64,000 nucleotides of DNA from Camelus ferus (GCF_009834535.1 NC_045696.1:50284001-50348000), one strand, 5' to 3'; shown: positions 49,141-63,339, counted from the stretch's first letter. Notes: generated by a model from the sequence alone, not told the origin. A program made the numbers and translations.

Positions 49141-51949
49141 TTGACCTAGGTACACTCTCCAAGGCAAGTCAAGTGAAGGCTGCTGAGATAACCTTCTGGC
49201 CTTTGTCAAGTTTTGCTCTTGACGGGTGGGAGTTTCTTTAGAAGCTAAGTTGGCTTCTGCAAGCAGTGTGCAGCCGGTGAGGGCTGAGCTCAGCTTTCCC
49301 ACCTGGGTTTCTTTCTGGCTCTGATCACAAATCCCTTGGTTAGAATAAAGTTAGGAATGCCCTTATTTCTCTGGTTGGTGGAGCTGAAAGGCATTCCAGT
49401 CCTAGGCACATTGGTGGAGTAGGTGAATGTGATGTTAAACTTATCAGGTTACTTTGTAAGAGCTGTTTGCAACATTCAAATGAGCGTTAGGATAGATGTG
49501 GCTGGGTTTCCGATGATGAGTTTTTTTCATTACAGGTTTCATTTCCTTATCTGGCCTTCAACCAACATCCCCCTCACTGACTGTGTTGAAATTAGAACAA
49601 TAAAACATTCCCTTCCCTCAGAAGTCTCAGTAAAATTCCCCTTCATAACAGGACCATATTTCCTGGCCTCTGTCAACCCATTAGGATGTTTCAGGGTATT
49701 TTTCCTTCTCCTTCACAGCCCTAGGAATAGCTACAGGAGTTCACACAACAGTCTACTCAAATACTCTGAGGTGAGTCTGATTCAGAGTCCACTTCGGGGT
49801 TATTTATCTGAGGAAATACCTAAGCCAGTGAAGAGGTCAAACTGAGTTCTGCAAATAGAAAGGAAGTGAACCAGGGAAACAGAACACATTAGTACCTCGA
49901 ATAAATAGCCTGCAGGTTCCTCCTTTGGCATCGTGCTGCACAATCTTGATCAGATTGAAGAAACCATTACAGGTTTTGTTTTCATCACTAGAAACGTGAA
50001 AATTAAACCCAGCTAATAAGGATCTTGTGATATTTGCCACAAATAAAAAGATGTCATTTTTATTTTGTTGTGTTCCTTTATCAGTTGCCACTGAGCAAAG
50101 GGGGATGACTTAGTGGTGAACATGTTTGACCCATGGTGTCTCCCTGATTCAGTGAACAAAGAACATAGATTCTTTCCTTAAACGTTTAGCTTCATATTAA
50201 ATATCAAGTTAGGGAAATTAGTATCTAGTTAAAAGATATGTATAAGAATGAATTGTAAAAAGAAAACAGGATTTCAAAGAAACACAAATCTCCACATATG
50301 GACTGTGGTATATTTTTAAATTCAACTTTTACAATCAACATTTGATTCACCAACTCTAGTTCAAAATCAGAGACGTAAAAATAAAATGCACCTTTCTTCC
50401 TTCCTAGGTTCAGAAACTCATCTCCTAGATTCAGCAACGTATACATAAATATGAATAAATATACACATACACATTGTGATTATATCCTACACAGGACACA
50501 ATAATTACAGAATATAAGCAATTATAGATGCCATTTAGACCCCTTAACTGCTTCTAAGTAAAAATAAGCTGTTCATAACAAAAATGGTGAAGAAAAATAA
50601 AAATTTTGCCTGTGCCCAAGAATGTGAAGGACTTGTCCTTGAAGCCCTTAAACTATCTCCTGTCCTTGAGGAGGACACAGGGCAGATATTCCAATGGCTA
50701 AAAGCATCAGGTGAAAAATGAACTGAAGTTAAGGACTGAAAACCATGAGGAGGCAGACAGCATCTGGAGGTAGTCACTTTATAATGAGTAGACCCACACA
50801 CCACCTCTGCCTCACCCTTCTACTTCCAAAGTCATCATTATGGCTCCTAGTGTTTGTAACAGAAGGATAATCTACCAGCAAGGCTGGAGAAGGGATAATA
50901 GCTCCTGCCCTCCTCTGTCCCTGCCCTATCACCAGTTTGGTTGGAGGAAGCTGAACGCTAGCCACCATGAGAACTGTGAGGCCTTATTTCCCATCATCTC
51001 ACTCACTACACACTCTTGAGACATTCCTTAATCTGATTGGGTCTCAGCCTTTTCATTCACAAAACAAAATGATTGCCCAGGTGGTCCTAACATCTGTCCA
51101 AGCTCTCAGACTTGGAGATCCAAGAACTGGAAGTAAGCACCTTGAAGGTATGATGTAAAGTATTAAGTCATGAATATAAAACAGGAACTATTAACGAGTC
51201 AGTAGGAAAAACAGAGTCACAGAGTGAAACACAAAATAAAACACATTAATAACAAAGATTTATTTTGTAACCTGGATGAGCTCAGCTAGCTAGCATCTCT
51301 TTCCATTACAGCTGATTATCTTCACTCTGCAACACTATCATCCTGTTGAACTGGTCAACTTAGTTATTAGTCAGTGATCTCAGAGACAGAAAACTTTCCT
51401 GGGGAGATTATTGTTCTATTTTTATGGATCCATGGCTGTTTTTATATTTAACTTTAGTCAGACAGACACCGAAGAACATCTGGTGTTTCGTAAAATGTTA
51501 CCTTTGAATAGAAATTTGGCAATCACGTGCTGAGTTCTGGAAAATGACATACTGTCTAACCAGAGTCCATGTGTGGGTTCCTGTAACAGATTTGAAAGGA
51601 AAGTGACTTGATCCAACCCACCCAGAAACCCTGAATGAGGGCTCCACTCTGTGATGACTTCTCTTACAAGTGGACATATGCCACATTCCCCAGCATCATT
51701 TCAAACATAATCAGCCCACAGATACCATTTGGCACATGGAGTAGCCTGCCAGGTCAGGGAGAGAGGAGTAAGGATGAAGGGAAAGAGAACTGGATTCCAG
51801 CGCCACAGAGTATTAATCCTGTTTGGAACACTGTGGCTTAGTTCTTGTCACTCAAATACAAAGCGTGGCCATTGAGGTCAAAGGAAACAAATGACTCATG
51901 CTACTTTACCTGCCTTTAAATTCTTTTTTTTTTTCCCCCAGTGAAAGTG

Positions 51950-52200
51950 TTTGGAGTATCTTTAGCCTCTGGAGCTAGACTGCCTGAATTTAACTCCTTA
52001 CTTTGCCCTTGCTCACTGTGAAAACTTGGGCAAGTTACTGACCCTCTCTGTGCCTTAGTGACCTCATTTTTTAAATGGGAATGAAAAGAGTACCCACTTT
52101 ATAGGGCTGCTGTAAGAATTTAAAAACTTAATATATGTTTTTAAAAGAGCACTTAGACTAGTGCCTGGCATAGAGTAAACACTGTAAATTCAGTTATTAC
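51950..52200 (+). mobile_element. MIR
   Basis: ctctggagctagactgcctg...cttgggcaagttact...ctctctgtgcctta...aaatggg...gtgcctggcatagagtaa. Confidence 0.75.
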
Positions 52201-53285
52201 TATACTGACCTTCAAAAAGGCTAATTCATTGATAAGTATAACACTTTTTGAATAGACTACAAGATTGTCAGACTTAGAATTTATTTCTTTGAAGAATTCT
52301 TAATCCTTTTAGCACCTGGACTTCATTTAATTCTTTCTGCCACCTGCTTCTTTATGGATGAAAAGAAGCAGATGGTTCTCAGTCTCGCAGCAAATGGTTT
52401 CTCTCACTAAGGTGCCTCTCCTTTTCTATGCTTGGTCTGCTCGGGAAAGAAAGCAACGTATAGGTCTGAAATTAACATTTTCCTTCTCTTAATGGAGCTT
52501 CAGTGGCTCAAGAAATGAAATTATCCTGTTTCCCAGTGAAGATGGGCTATGTCCTGCCAACCAGACGGAGTTATGTCTGCCAGGAGATTGACAGCAACTG
52601 TGTCAGTGCTGAGCCACAAACCAAACAGAACTCCTAGGGCTTTGGAGTTTAGACAATAGATGAATTACAAGGGCACTGTCCCAGAAGAGACCGTGCCTAT
52701 TTTTGCAGACCTGGGCAATAAAATGGCCATGTCTTTGCAGCCAATAGTCCATGTCTTGGCTTTACTGGGATGTGCCTTTCCCTTGACAGCAGAGAATTCC
52801 CAACATGGGGAGAAAGCAGGCTCCATTTCACAGTCCCTAGTGTAGCCTGGATGACTATAACTGAGGTGCTTCAAATCCCCTGTGTGACATCCGTAGGGAC
52901 TGATTCCACCATGCTAAGAAAAACTTATTGGACCAGGGAGAGTGACGTTGTTTTGATTTGCAATTCAGCCAAACAAGGAGATTACTGCAAACTCAGATGG
53001 GTGGAGAGTTTCCCAGAAATGCTGAGTAACACCCAGGGGATATGCTATGATCTGAGATAAATACCTTGCCAAACGTGAGATCCCACAAGAATTTAGCTGG
53101 TTTCAAGTAAAACACCCATCTAACAGTCGTAGAACCAGCCCCTGGGTTCAAATGGCAATGCATTCAATGGCAATGGCCCTCAAAGCATTCTAAACACTCA
53201 TCAAAAGCCCCTTCTCTTAGGATGTTCATTATCTCCAGGGAGGAAGAAAAGACTAGATGAAACTAATTCTTATTAAGATGTTAAA

Positions 53286-53410
53286 GGGGGGAGGGTATAG
53301 CTCAAATGGAGAGCACATGCTTAGCATGCAAGAGGTCCTGGGTTCAATTCCCAGTACCTCTAAAAATAAATAAATAAACCTAATTACCACCTCACCCCAC
53401 ACCCCCAAAA
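53286..53410 (+). mobile_element. tRNA-derived SINE, long form
   Basis: ggggagggtatagctcaa...gggttcaattcccagtacctc; direct repeat aagatgtt at 53275-53282 and 53411-53418. Confidence 0.9.
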
Positions 53411-55572
53411 AAGATGTTCAGGCCTGAATGTGAACCTCCTTCCATACTCCAGAGTTATGTACTCTTTGAAAAAGAACTGAAAAGAGACTAGTCAGTCACC
53501 TCCCATAGTAAATCTCAAAGCAAAATTTCAGGCCTTGTGTAATTCATCATATTATCATCACCTATGTCACCACCTTCTCTTCGCTCACAAGGCTAACCCT
53601 GCAGCACTTCCCTGAACAAACAGTCCACTTCTGCAAACATTTAAGTGTGGCAATGTACAAGGATCTAGCAGAATGCAGCACAGAAATTAAGAACACTGGG
53701 ACAGGAGTTAGAGCTTGGGTAAAATCCTAGTTTCACCCATTACTGGCACTATGAACAGTTTCTCAATTTCTTGAGTTTCAACTTACAAAATACAACTGAC
53801 ACATTTAATCCTTACAGGGCTGCAGTGGGTACTTCATAGGATGAAGATTTTTACACAGTGCCTGGCGTGAAGTGAAGGCTCAGAGATATTAGCTACATGT
53901 AGTATTAAGCTCAGCTGGTGACTACCTCATGAACCACTGAAGTCCTAGCTCCTGGCACAGGGTAGATAATAAATATTTGTGGAATGAATAAAGTTATGAG
54001 TTTCTCGCTGCATCATCTACTCTCAACCCTGCCTCTTCCATCACAGAAGTTCTTGAGACAGAGGAAAGAGTGTTATGTAGGTGAAGTTGGTGGTGGTAAT
54101 AGGGCTGGTCAAGACTAATGCTTAAAGCAAGAGCCCAGCTGGAAAACAGGAGCCAGGAGTAGCCTGATGTCCCAGAAGGTCACAACTAGGAGCCAGGATG
54201 GGCATGAGACTGCGGTGAGGGCCAAGTCCAGGGCATGTGAATTCTGCGTGCCTCTTTCTCTGAGGACTGGACAAGCCAGTAATTCTAGCAAGCTGAACCC
54301 ACCAAGTTGAAACATAAAAGCTTCTCTCAGGTTTTGCCAGGACTTGTGACTCATTCCAGGTAGGATGCAAAGATCACGCTCAATAAGCAGTCACTCATGT
54401 TTATGTACTTACTGTCCTCCACCCTCTTTTCCCCTGATCGCCTTCTCCCTCTACCTCCAGGGTCTTCTTCCTTCACAGGCTTGGTGGGAACAGAGCTGGT
54501 ATGCTATGTTTCCTGACATAGTTGGACTTAAGGGTGTAATCTGCCTTCTAAGCATCAGTAAAATCCAGCGTTCTCCACTTGTTTCTGTCAAAACACATTG
54601 TAAATTAAACGGATTAGGTTTGTGTTTCAGGTAAATGAAACAAATGGTCCCAAGTAAATAAAACCAATGCACCTAGATATGTGGGGTCAGGCAGTGCGTT
54701 GATGGCCAACTTATCACTTGGTTGTCCTAAACTGTTCTTACCAGGGATTTTCCATTAAAGGGGACATTACTAGCTTTGAGTTTCAAAGCCTTCAGCTTTG
54801 AAGAGGAGAAGTCTCAATGTGGAAGTATGTTTTTAAGTCCTGCAGATGGTGGTTGAAGATTAAAAGGCCAACCTGAAATAGGTGTATTTTTTTTTTTTTA
54901 AGAACTAAAATTTCTTGTTGGCATTGGCAAGTGGCCTAGTACAAAAGGATGAAAGAATTTGTTCCTGGCAGCTTTCAGACCCACAAAAAGTCAGCATTTG
55001 CTTTGCACACACAGGCTTTGTGTGCTCCTGCCCACAGTAGGCAAGCAATTTACCCTTTAGCAGCAGCAACTCAACATGCTTCAAAGGATTTCTTCGGTGC
55101 CCTTTCCTCACTCCGTGCCAGTTCTCTGACCTATGGAGGTCTCACTAAGACATCAGCAGTAAGAATAGACAACAACATAGGTGCCAAAGGAAAACAGACC
55201 CTTGGCTTTTTTTCACACCCTATTGTTCAACTTTTGTTGTTACTGCATTGGTGGTTTTGCTGCTTCTGTTTTGCTGCTCTCTAATTCTGTAACTATTCTT
55301 CAGCTTTTTAAATAAGCGTTACTTACACCTTCTCTTTCCTGCTGCTTCTTGACAGCCACTAAATGTTCATTCTTGTTATTATTATTAGAAAGAGTATTCA
55401 TGTCTATGTTACAACTATATAACTTGGGAACACTGCTTAAAACAAAGCCAGCCTCTTCAAGATTTTGGTTGGTAGGCTCATCCAACACAAGTTCTCCTGG
55501 TGAAATGAACTCCTGGCCTTTCTCTTAGGGATTCTCTCTCCTAAATGTCATGGTCCTTCTCTTGGAAAAAAG

Positions 55573-55760
55573 CAGTGGTTGTCAACCAGGGGACTAATTT
55601 TGTTCCCCGAGCAACATCTGACAATGTCTAGAGACACTTTTAGTTGTCAACCAGGAGAGATCCATCCTATTGGCATTTAGTGGGCAGAAGCCAGAGATAC
55701 TTCTAAAATCCTACAAGATACAGAATTATCTGACCTAAAATGTCAATGCTAAGGTTGTGC
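55573..55760 (+). mobile_element. MER20 hAT MITE
   Basis: cagtggttgtcaaccagggg...caatgtctagagacacttttagttgtca...tggcatttagtgggcagaagccagagat...aaaatgtcaat. Confidence 0.8.
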
Positions 55761-57961
55761 CCAGGAAGAAGAGGAGGTCTGGGAAGACCAGATGAGCAAT
55801 GTGGAGTCTGCCTGAGGCCTTAGAGTCTAGAGTCCAGAAAACACACCAAAAGCTTCAGAGAAACTTGAATAGATTTGTAAAACATTCTAGACCATATTGG
55901 AGACACAAACACACACTTACCACAATTTATTTTCATGGCAAATCTTGTCACCCTATATAGGCCTTCCAGAATAAAAAGCTTATTCAATAAGGTAATAGAT
56001 GCCATATTTCCTAGGTGGATTCATCAGGTAACACCAAAAAAGCAATCAACATTTTGCAGCGACCCATGAGAAAGTTGAGCACATGCAAGGCGGGAATGAG
56101 GCTGAGATGATAGGAATGTTCCATGAAGCCATCCAGCCCTAATTATATTCCAGAAAGATGAACATCTGCAATATTTATGGCCAGGAGTTCAAAGAAAACG
56201 GAAATGCATTTTTGGAAAATGGAGAATCTTTGGATAAATGTCACAAATTTTGGAGCTTCAGACACAAGGAGAGGTGGTAGGGGAAGGCTGTCATTCATTT
56301 ACTACTAACAGTTTCAAATAATATCTTGGCTTAGTGTGAAGACATGTTGCAAAGTTGGTTAACAAACAGCATTGTCTAGAATCTCACCTGAAGCACTAGT
56401 ATTTTTGTACTGCAAAGCAAGTTAGTTCATACACGCTCTACAGGGAAAGAATGCATACCTCTTGTAAGGATCATCTAAACTGCTCCTATTGGTGCATGAA
56501 AAACCTTTAAATATGCCTTAATTTTCCCTTAATTTATGACACTCAAATGAAGTCAAAATGCTTCTTGGGTTTTTTATTACATGGTTGGAGGGAAATTATT
56601 TCTCAGCTGCCTAGTTTGGACATTTTTCTCCTTACGATGTAATCATATTAAAAAAGAACTAAAAACTCTTAAGTTTCTACCAACTGGCACCAAACCAAAC
56701 TCAGAAGCCAAGTCTAACTCCCTAACCAAACTTAGCTCCACCCTACCCATCCCCTGCCCTAAGTAAAAGATGGTCACATTACATCTTTATGCCAATAAAA
56801 ATCAATCAAATCCAGTCACTGGGCTGAAGAAAAATAATCTATCTAATGAATTCATATAAAGTCCTAGCTCTTATTAAAGTTATTGATAGCCTGTATCTTC
56901 CTAAAATTAATGATTATATTTTATTCCTTTTATCAAAAGTTTTTATTTCTTTGGGGAAAAAAAACTATTGGAAGAGTATACTAAATAAAGAAAGAGAAAA
57001 GGGATGGGAAATGAGAAGGAAAGGGGAGAAATAAGATACTTTGAGCAGTGACAGGAGGACTCCGTTCTAGTCTGACACAACAGACCTCTTCAGTTACATT
57101 TCCCAGGGAGGGAATGGAAAATAAGGTCAGACTGAGTTATAAAATAACACCAGCTGATAGCCAGAGACAATGCTTTTCCCGTAGATGTTTTGAGTAAGAA
57201 AGAAAATTCATTCTCAACCACAGCTAATAAATACACACATGCAGACATACATTAAGTCACCAAAGATTTATCATGAAATGTTATATGCAAAACACTGGGC
57301 GAGATTTTCGAGTGACAGATGAGAAAGGCGAGAAAACCATAATACGTTTCCTCGACAAACTTGAAATGTAGTGGGGACGTCAGATAAGTGTACAACTGAA
57401 CACATGTAAAAGAGGCAAGAAGAGGAGGGGGAAGGAGAAATAGGGAGGGGAGGGGAGGGAAGGAAAGAGAAAACAGGTGGGGAAAAAGATATTAAAGGAT
57501 GGATATTTCCTGACTGAGTGAAGACGTGGTATAGCTGAGATATGAAGAAGCAGGGTTTTAAGGCAAAATTAAGAATATCTTACTTCTCTGGGCAAGATCA
57601 TACTCCGGATTATGATGAAATGGAAATTCCAGGTACTAAGAGAGGAAAACTGTAAGATTTTACGTGGTTTTTATTACCCATCAAATGCACTGCCAAGCCA
57701 TCTCTAGCAATTACTCACATGGCTTCTTGCCCTCTGCCTGAAAACAGGCTTCTTCATTTCTCCAAAGGCTCTGAGTTCCTGGTCTGGCCTTAATCCTCAG
57801 TGGCCTGAGGTGGACAGCAAAAGAGGGTGCACCTTGTTTAGCACGATGCCATCCAATCACTGCTCTCCTGTCTAATTTGGAATACCATGAGCAGGTGTCT
57901 CTTTCCTCTTTCAGAGATACAAAAAACAAGCAAGCTGAGTTTATAAGTCAAAAAGACCTTT

Positions 57962-58050
57962 GGTGGGGGTAGTGGGTATAGCCCAGTGGTAGAGCACATG
58001 CTTAACATGCACAGGGTCCTGGTTTTAATCCCCAGTACCTTCATTAAAAA
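57962..58050 (+). mobile_element. tRNA-derived SINE, short form
   Basis: gggtatagcccagtggtagagcacatgcttaacatgc...; near-TSD aaaaagaccttt / aaaaagtgaccttt. Confidence 0.87.
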
Positions 58051-58129
58051 GTGACCTTTTAATAGGGAACTTCCCAATGTTATGTGTTCCCTCTCCTTGG
58101 TGTAATATGCAGCCCCACTCTCAGACACC

Positions 58130-58390
58130 TATAGTGTAACGGTTTAAAGAAGGGATTTAAGAGTTAGATAGTTTGAGTATAAGTTTTGGTTTTACCTCCT
58201 ATCACTGCGTGGTGTTGGATGAGTTTATTAACCTCCCTCTACTTTCCTCACCTATAAAGTGAGTTAATAGTAGTACCTATTTCATAGGGTCATGATGAGG
58301 ATTAAAAGAAGTAAATAGATAGCAAATAACTTATAATGATACCAGGCCCATAATAAGAGTTCAATAAATGCTGCTATCAATAACAATAGC
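58130..58390 (+). mobile_element. MIR
   Basis: aacctccct...tttcctcacctataaagtgag...tacctatttcataggg...tgaggattaaa...tcaataaatg. Confidence 0.65.
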
Positions 58391-58959
58391 CAATAATAAT
58401 ATAATGTTAATTCCTTATGTTTTCCATAAGAAGAAAAAATTATAGGTGTCAAAGCATCTCAGATCCCATGGAGGAATCTTCCCAGCATCTTCCATCACAG
58501 TGGACAAATACTGAGTCAATAACAGCTCGTAGACCCAGAGATGCAGTCCTGTTTTCTCCAGAAGGCTGGCATCCTGACCCCAGATTCGTTTTCTCCAACA
58601 GAAGAATCTTACACATCACCACCAGAGGAAGACAGAGGCCCTAAACTTGGATGCTACTATTTCTCTGGCTACTCCCAAGATGTTATCTCTGATTTTCATT
58701 ATCCAGAAGAGTGACAACTTATCCCAGATTTGTGTCATAGAAAGGTGATGAGTATTCTTCCCTTTACATCCTTATTCAGGTTGTTGATAAAGTATCAGAC
58801 AAGATTCAGTCACAGACAAAGACTCACACGTGGGTTTCTCTGTAAGTGTCATTCAGTCCTTGATGGTCTGCAGAGATGCTGGCACTTCCCTTCTATTACG
58901 GTGCCTGCCCTCTCTCCCTCTCTCTTCTTCCTCTTCCCTAGAATTTGAGCTCATTAGTT

Positions 58960-59430
58960 CATGACATATTATCATATTAGTCTGTCCAAGTTTTTTTAAT
59001 CACCATACCCCAAGCTCCCCACATAGGCATTTACTCTCACATGTTTAATGGATTTGTGTGTGTGTGCTGGTACATGTACTTTTGAAATGTGTATGATTTT
59101 TTTCTTGTGCATGTATTCTTTGAATACATAATTGATATTGTGTCATGTATCCCATCCTATTTCTCTTTTTTCACTTAATACCATCTTTTTTAGTTTTATA
59201 CAAGATATCCATATCTACTTCCACTCTGCTGTTTCTAACAGCTGCATGATGCTTCGTGGTACTCATCCACCACATTCTGATTATCTCCAATTCCATGGAC
59301 ACCTTGATTACCTCCAGTTCCCTACCTTGATTACCTCCAGTTCCCTATCACCACTGAAATGGCTGCAATAAATCTTTCTGGACCTGTGTAAGACTCTCTG
59401 AGATGTATACTCAAAATCCAAATTTCTTGG
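58960..59430 (-). mobile_element. Very old L1 3' fragment
   Basis: tttctcttttttcacttaata...tggacaccttgattacctccagtt...ctgcaataaatc. Confidence 0.45.
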
Positions 59431-61479
59431 TGCTCAACAAACATAGAGTAAACCTAAGAGCTGTCGCTTTGCTCTCCAGCATGGCTGCACCAGCTGGAGC
59501 AGTCACGGTTATCACATTCCACAGTACACCTCACGGTCATAAGCCCCATCCCTCTATGTCACCACAGTGATATTCATGCAATCACATTACCACCTTGTGT
59601 TAAATGTCAAGTTCTATTAGTTTGTACCCATTCTCTATGCATTAGGATACATAGTAAGGCAGGGACATCAATTTGCTTATTGATTTTCTTTCCTGATATT
59701 TTCTCGTTAGAATAACTGGAGCATTTTGTTATTTTTTTCCCCAACGTCCTATCAGTTAATCGCCAAACTTTTAGAGCTTTATCTATGCTTTTTTCCCTCA
59801 CTCTCATTCATATTTCAGATTAAACTCTTTGAACAGGTTAGGAATTCTTCTGTCAAACACAGTTTTCCTCTTCTCATGGGCTGCACTTTATCTCTTGCCA
59901 ACACTCAGACATTCTGGCCTGAAAAGGCATGGTCTAAAACACTTTAAAACCACTCCTATGGCCAATGGTTTACTTCCCCAAAGCCTTTTTCTCTTCCAAA
60001 TGCTTCAAATGCCTTCAGTTTGTAGCCTGGACTTCAAAGTCACCAGCAATACATTCCAGATTTCTTGGCTCCTGTATTATTCATTCCCAATGAGATCAGC
60101 AAAACAGCCAAATTGTTGGTGGGTTTAAGGAAAGAGTCAATTGCTGCTACTTTTTCAGAATATTAAATCACCCCTTTCTGAGTCATTTTCTCTACACATT
60201 AACTTCTTGATACTGGCTTCAATTCTATTCAAACTCCTGGGATAATTTTTTCCTCCTGACTTCTCTGTTGGATGACTTTCTTCATCCTGTAGAAAATGGT
60301 ATGATATTTCTCCACTACATCTGTCCACATAACTCAGGAGTTTAAAAACATCGTTTGTTTCATAACTTCACATGAATCTTGTGATTCCAAGTCCCCATTT
60401 GTGATGATGGCAGAAAAATTAATTCAGTCACTTTCAGATACTTTTCATCCAGTCAAATTTAAAATTATTATCTCACCAACAGTCCAGTTCACACAAATGC
60501 TTCTTTCTCTTCTTCTCCAAGCCAGTTTGCAATCAGCTGCCCTGGAGAAAACAAAGGAGAATGCCTCACCTTGTCATATCTGTCCTGTGCTCACTCTCTG
60601 CAGTTTCTCAAGTCTCACACAGTCTGGTCCAGGATCAGAACCTGACATTGACTATGTCAGTGTCTCCTCCAAGGTCAGGGGATGGAGGAGGAACGGGCTC
60701 TGCAAAGACTTCCTTTTAATTTAGTAATTTGGATTCTGGGCCATTTATCTTACGGTAGCTTATATCCACAGCAATAATTTCCAGATAAACCTCACAATAT
60801 TGGAGAATGAAACAGGGACACATTCCATTACTACTTTACATACCACCTGGCTGCAATCTCAAGTGTAAAAGCCTTCCTCTTTATAAATCCAGCCGGTAGA
60901 AAGACCTTCTGCAAGCAACAGATGGGACAACTTTTCAGTTATTTGCCCAGTAAGCCTTGAAGGTTCATACATGGCACAAATTCCCTTTGGTGAAAAACTT
61001 AAATGCTTAAATGAAATATGGTGACTTGCACTACAGCAAAAGCCCCGCCAGGTTGTTCTCAGAGAATACTGAATTCAGAGCAGGACCATGTGGGGAGCTG
61101 ATCTAGGCAAAAAGCCTGAAACACAGGGCCTTAGCCCCCAGCTGAGTGCAGTTCAGCAGGTGTTTACAGTATGATCAGTGTTCACTGATTCCAGACAAAA
61201 GCACTAAAACTTCATCTCTGTTAAAAGTCTGAAGAGACGTCCAGATTTTTCACAATTTAATTGAAATAGTTTGAGTTACCTTTTTTTTTTAACTGAGGCT
61301 GTCATTTTCCTATTTGAAACAGATTTTAAACATCTTTATCTATATTATCATGCATTAGTATGCATAATAAAGTGTAAGCGATAAAGGAAGCATTTATGGA
61401 ACTTTAAAAGTTCATTTGTTATGAAGTCTGGCACTTCCCCTCATTAGGGAAATTTGTAAAAGACTTTGAATTTGACAGA

Positions 61480-61965
61480 GATTACTAGATTTTTCTGCTG
61501 GTTTTCTCTTACTATTGTAATAAATTACCACATAGTTAGTGGATTAAAACAACACAAATTCATCAGTTTATACTTCTGGAGATCAGCTGTCTAGTATACT
61601 GGGCCTAAATCAGGGTGTCAGCAGGGCTGCATTGCATCTGGGGTACCTAGGGGAGAATCTGTTTCCTTGCCTTTTCTCAGGGCCAGCAGCATTTCTTGGC
61701 TTGTGGCCTCTTCTTGCATCTTCAAAGCCAGCAGTATAGTATCTTCAAATCTCTGACTGTGACCTCCTCTTCTGCCTCCCTTTTCCACTTTAAAGGACCC
61801 TATAGTTACATTGGGCCCATTCTGATAGCCCGGGACAGTTTTCTTATATAAAGTCATCTGATTAGCAAACATAATTCCAACTGCAAACTTAATTCCCTCT
61901 TTCCACATAACATATTCACAGGTTCTAGGAATCAGAACAGGCAAGGGGCATTATTCTGCCTTTCA
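61480..61965 (-). mobile_element. MLT1 (B/C/D-like) solo LTR
   Basis: gtaataaattaccaca...ttaaaacaacacaaatt...ggtgtcagcagggctg...ggggagaatctgtttccttgccttttc...ggcattattctgcct. Confidence 0.8.
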
Positions 61966-63339
61966 ATGGAATGCTCACTGTTATCCATCTACTGGACACT
62001 CTGGGATTATCTGATTTTATGTGAATATTCTCTTGTCCTTGACAAGGCTATTTCACAACTCTGTAAACTGGAGAAACTAAGAGCAATGCAGATAATTCTT
62101 CTCTATAGATACACAAATGAATTATATATAATAGATATAATTTATTTCTTCTCTATAGGAAAGATAATTTCAAACTATATTTTATTGCCATATAGATATT
62201 AAATAGTTGTATAGTTTTACATATAACACATCAATTGCTGTATTATGTATATTTATATAAATATAAATACATCCATTGGTATTGCTGATTACCTAGATGT
62301 GTGTCTGTTCTCCAGAGTTTCCTTTGAATCAGTTTTAACATCTTGCTGATTTCTTCATTAATTTAATTAAATTAAATCTTTGACATGTGTTCATTTTATA
62401 TCTGCATGAGAGTGATGATTTTATCTTTCAAAAATTAAATTGCAACAGCTGTGAAATCACCTAATAGCTGAGAACTAACTGCCTAGAAAATGTACCAGAA
62501 GCTGATACTCTTTAGACAGTATTTCTCAAAGTGTCCTCAACCTAACATAAGTTCTGCGAGTGTTAATAAATGTTCCCTGAAAAAAATGGTTTCATTTTAA
62601 AATAATTTCAAGGAAGTTTTTTATTCACAGGCCCTCTCACAGGGATAGTATTTCATGTAAAACATTTTAGAAAATTCTATTCCAGATTATTGGATTTTGT
62701 CACATTGTAAACTAACCAGGAGCCAAGACTCTCATAAAATTATAATGTTCATGTCAAAACAAAAACTCATGTTCTCCATTCCTTTGCCTCAATTTACCCA
62801 AATTCAAAATGCTCTTGAATGTGTTTAAGTAAAACCTGCTTGCAGTCAGGAAGGCTGTAGGTATGTATGTGTATCTCAGAAGTGGGGCCATCTCTGATTT
62901 TCACTTGATCTGATTTTCTTTTTTTTTTTTTAGAGATGCAAGAGATGGAGGTTGGACTTAGAGTGCCAAACCATTGATTTACAAGAGATCACCTGTGACG
63001 CAAAAACTCTTGTTTGTTATCCAAACTTCCACCATACCGGTAACAGAGGGCCTGTAGCTAGTAGGTAGATAACTCCTTGGTGACTACAAATCAGAGGAAG
63101 ATGAGGTATGCTGTCTTTCAGATCAAGTAAAATAATAAACGTTATTGGATGATTACCATTTGCTAGGCTATGTGCTGAACATCGTGCATAACCTCATTTA
63201 TTATCTAAACTAGTACTATCTTTATCTTACTAAAAAAAAACCCAGATCGTGGCACCAGTGAATCACTTGTTCAAAGTCATGTGACATGTGAGTGGCTGAG
63301 CTGGGACTGAGGCCCACACAGATCAGGCATCATGACACA

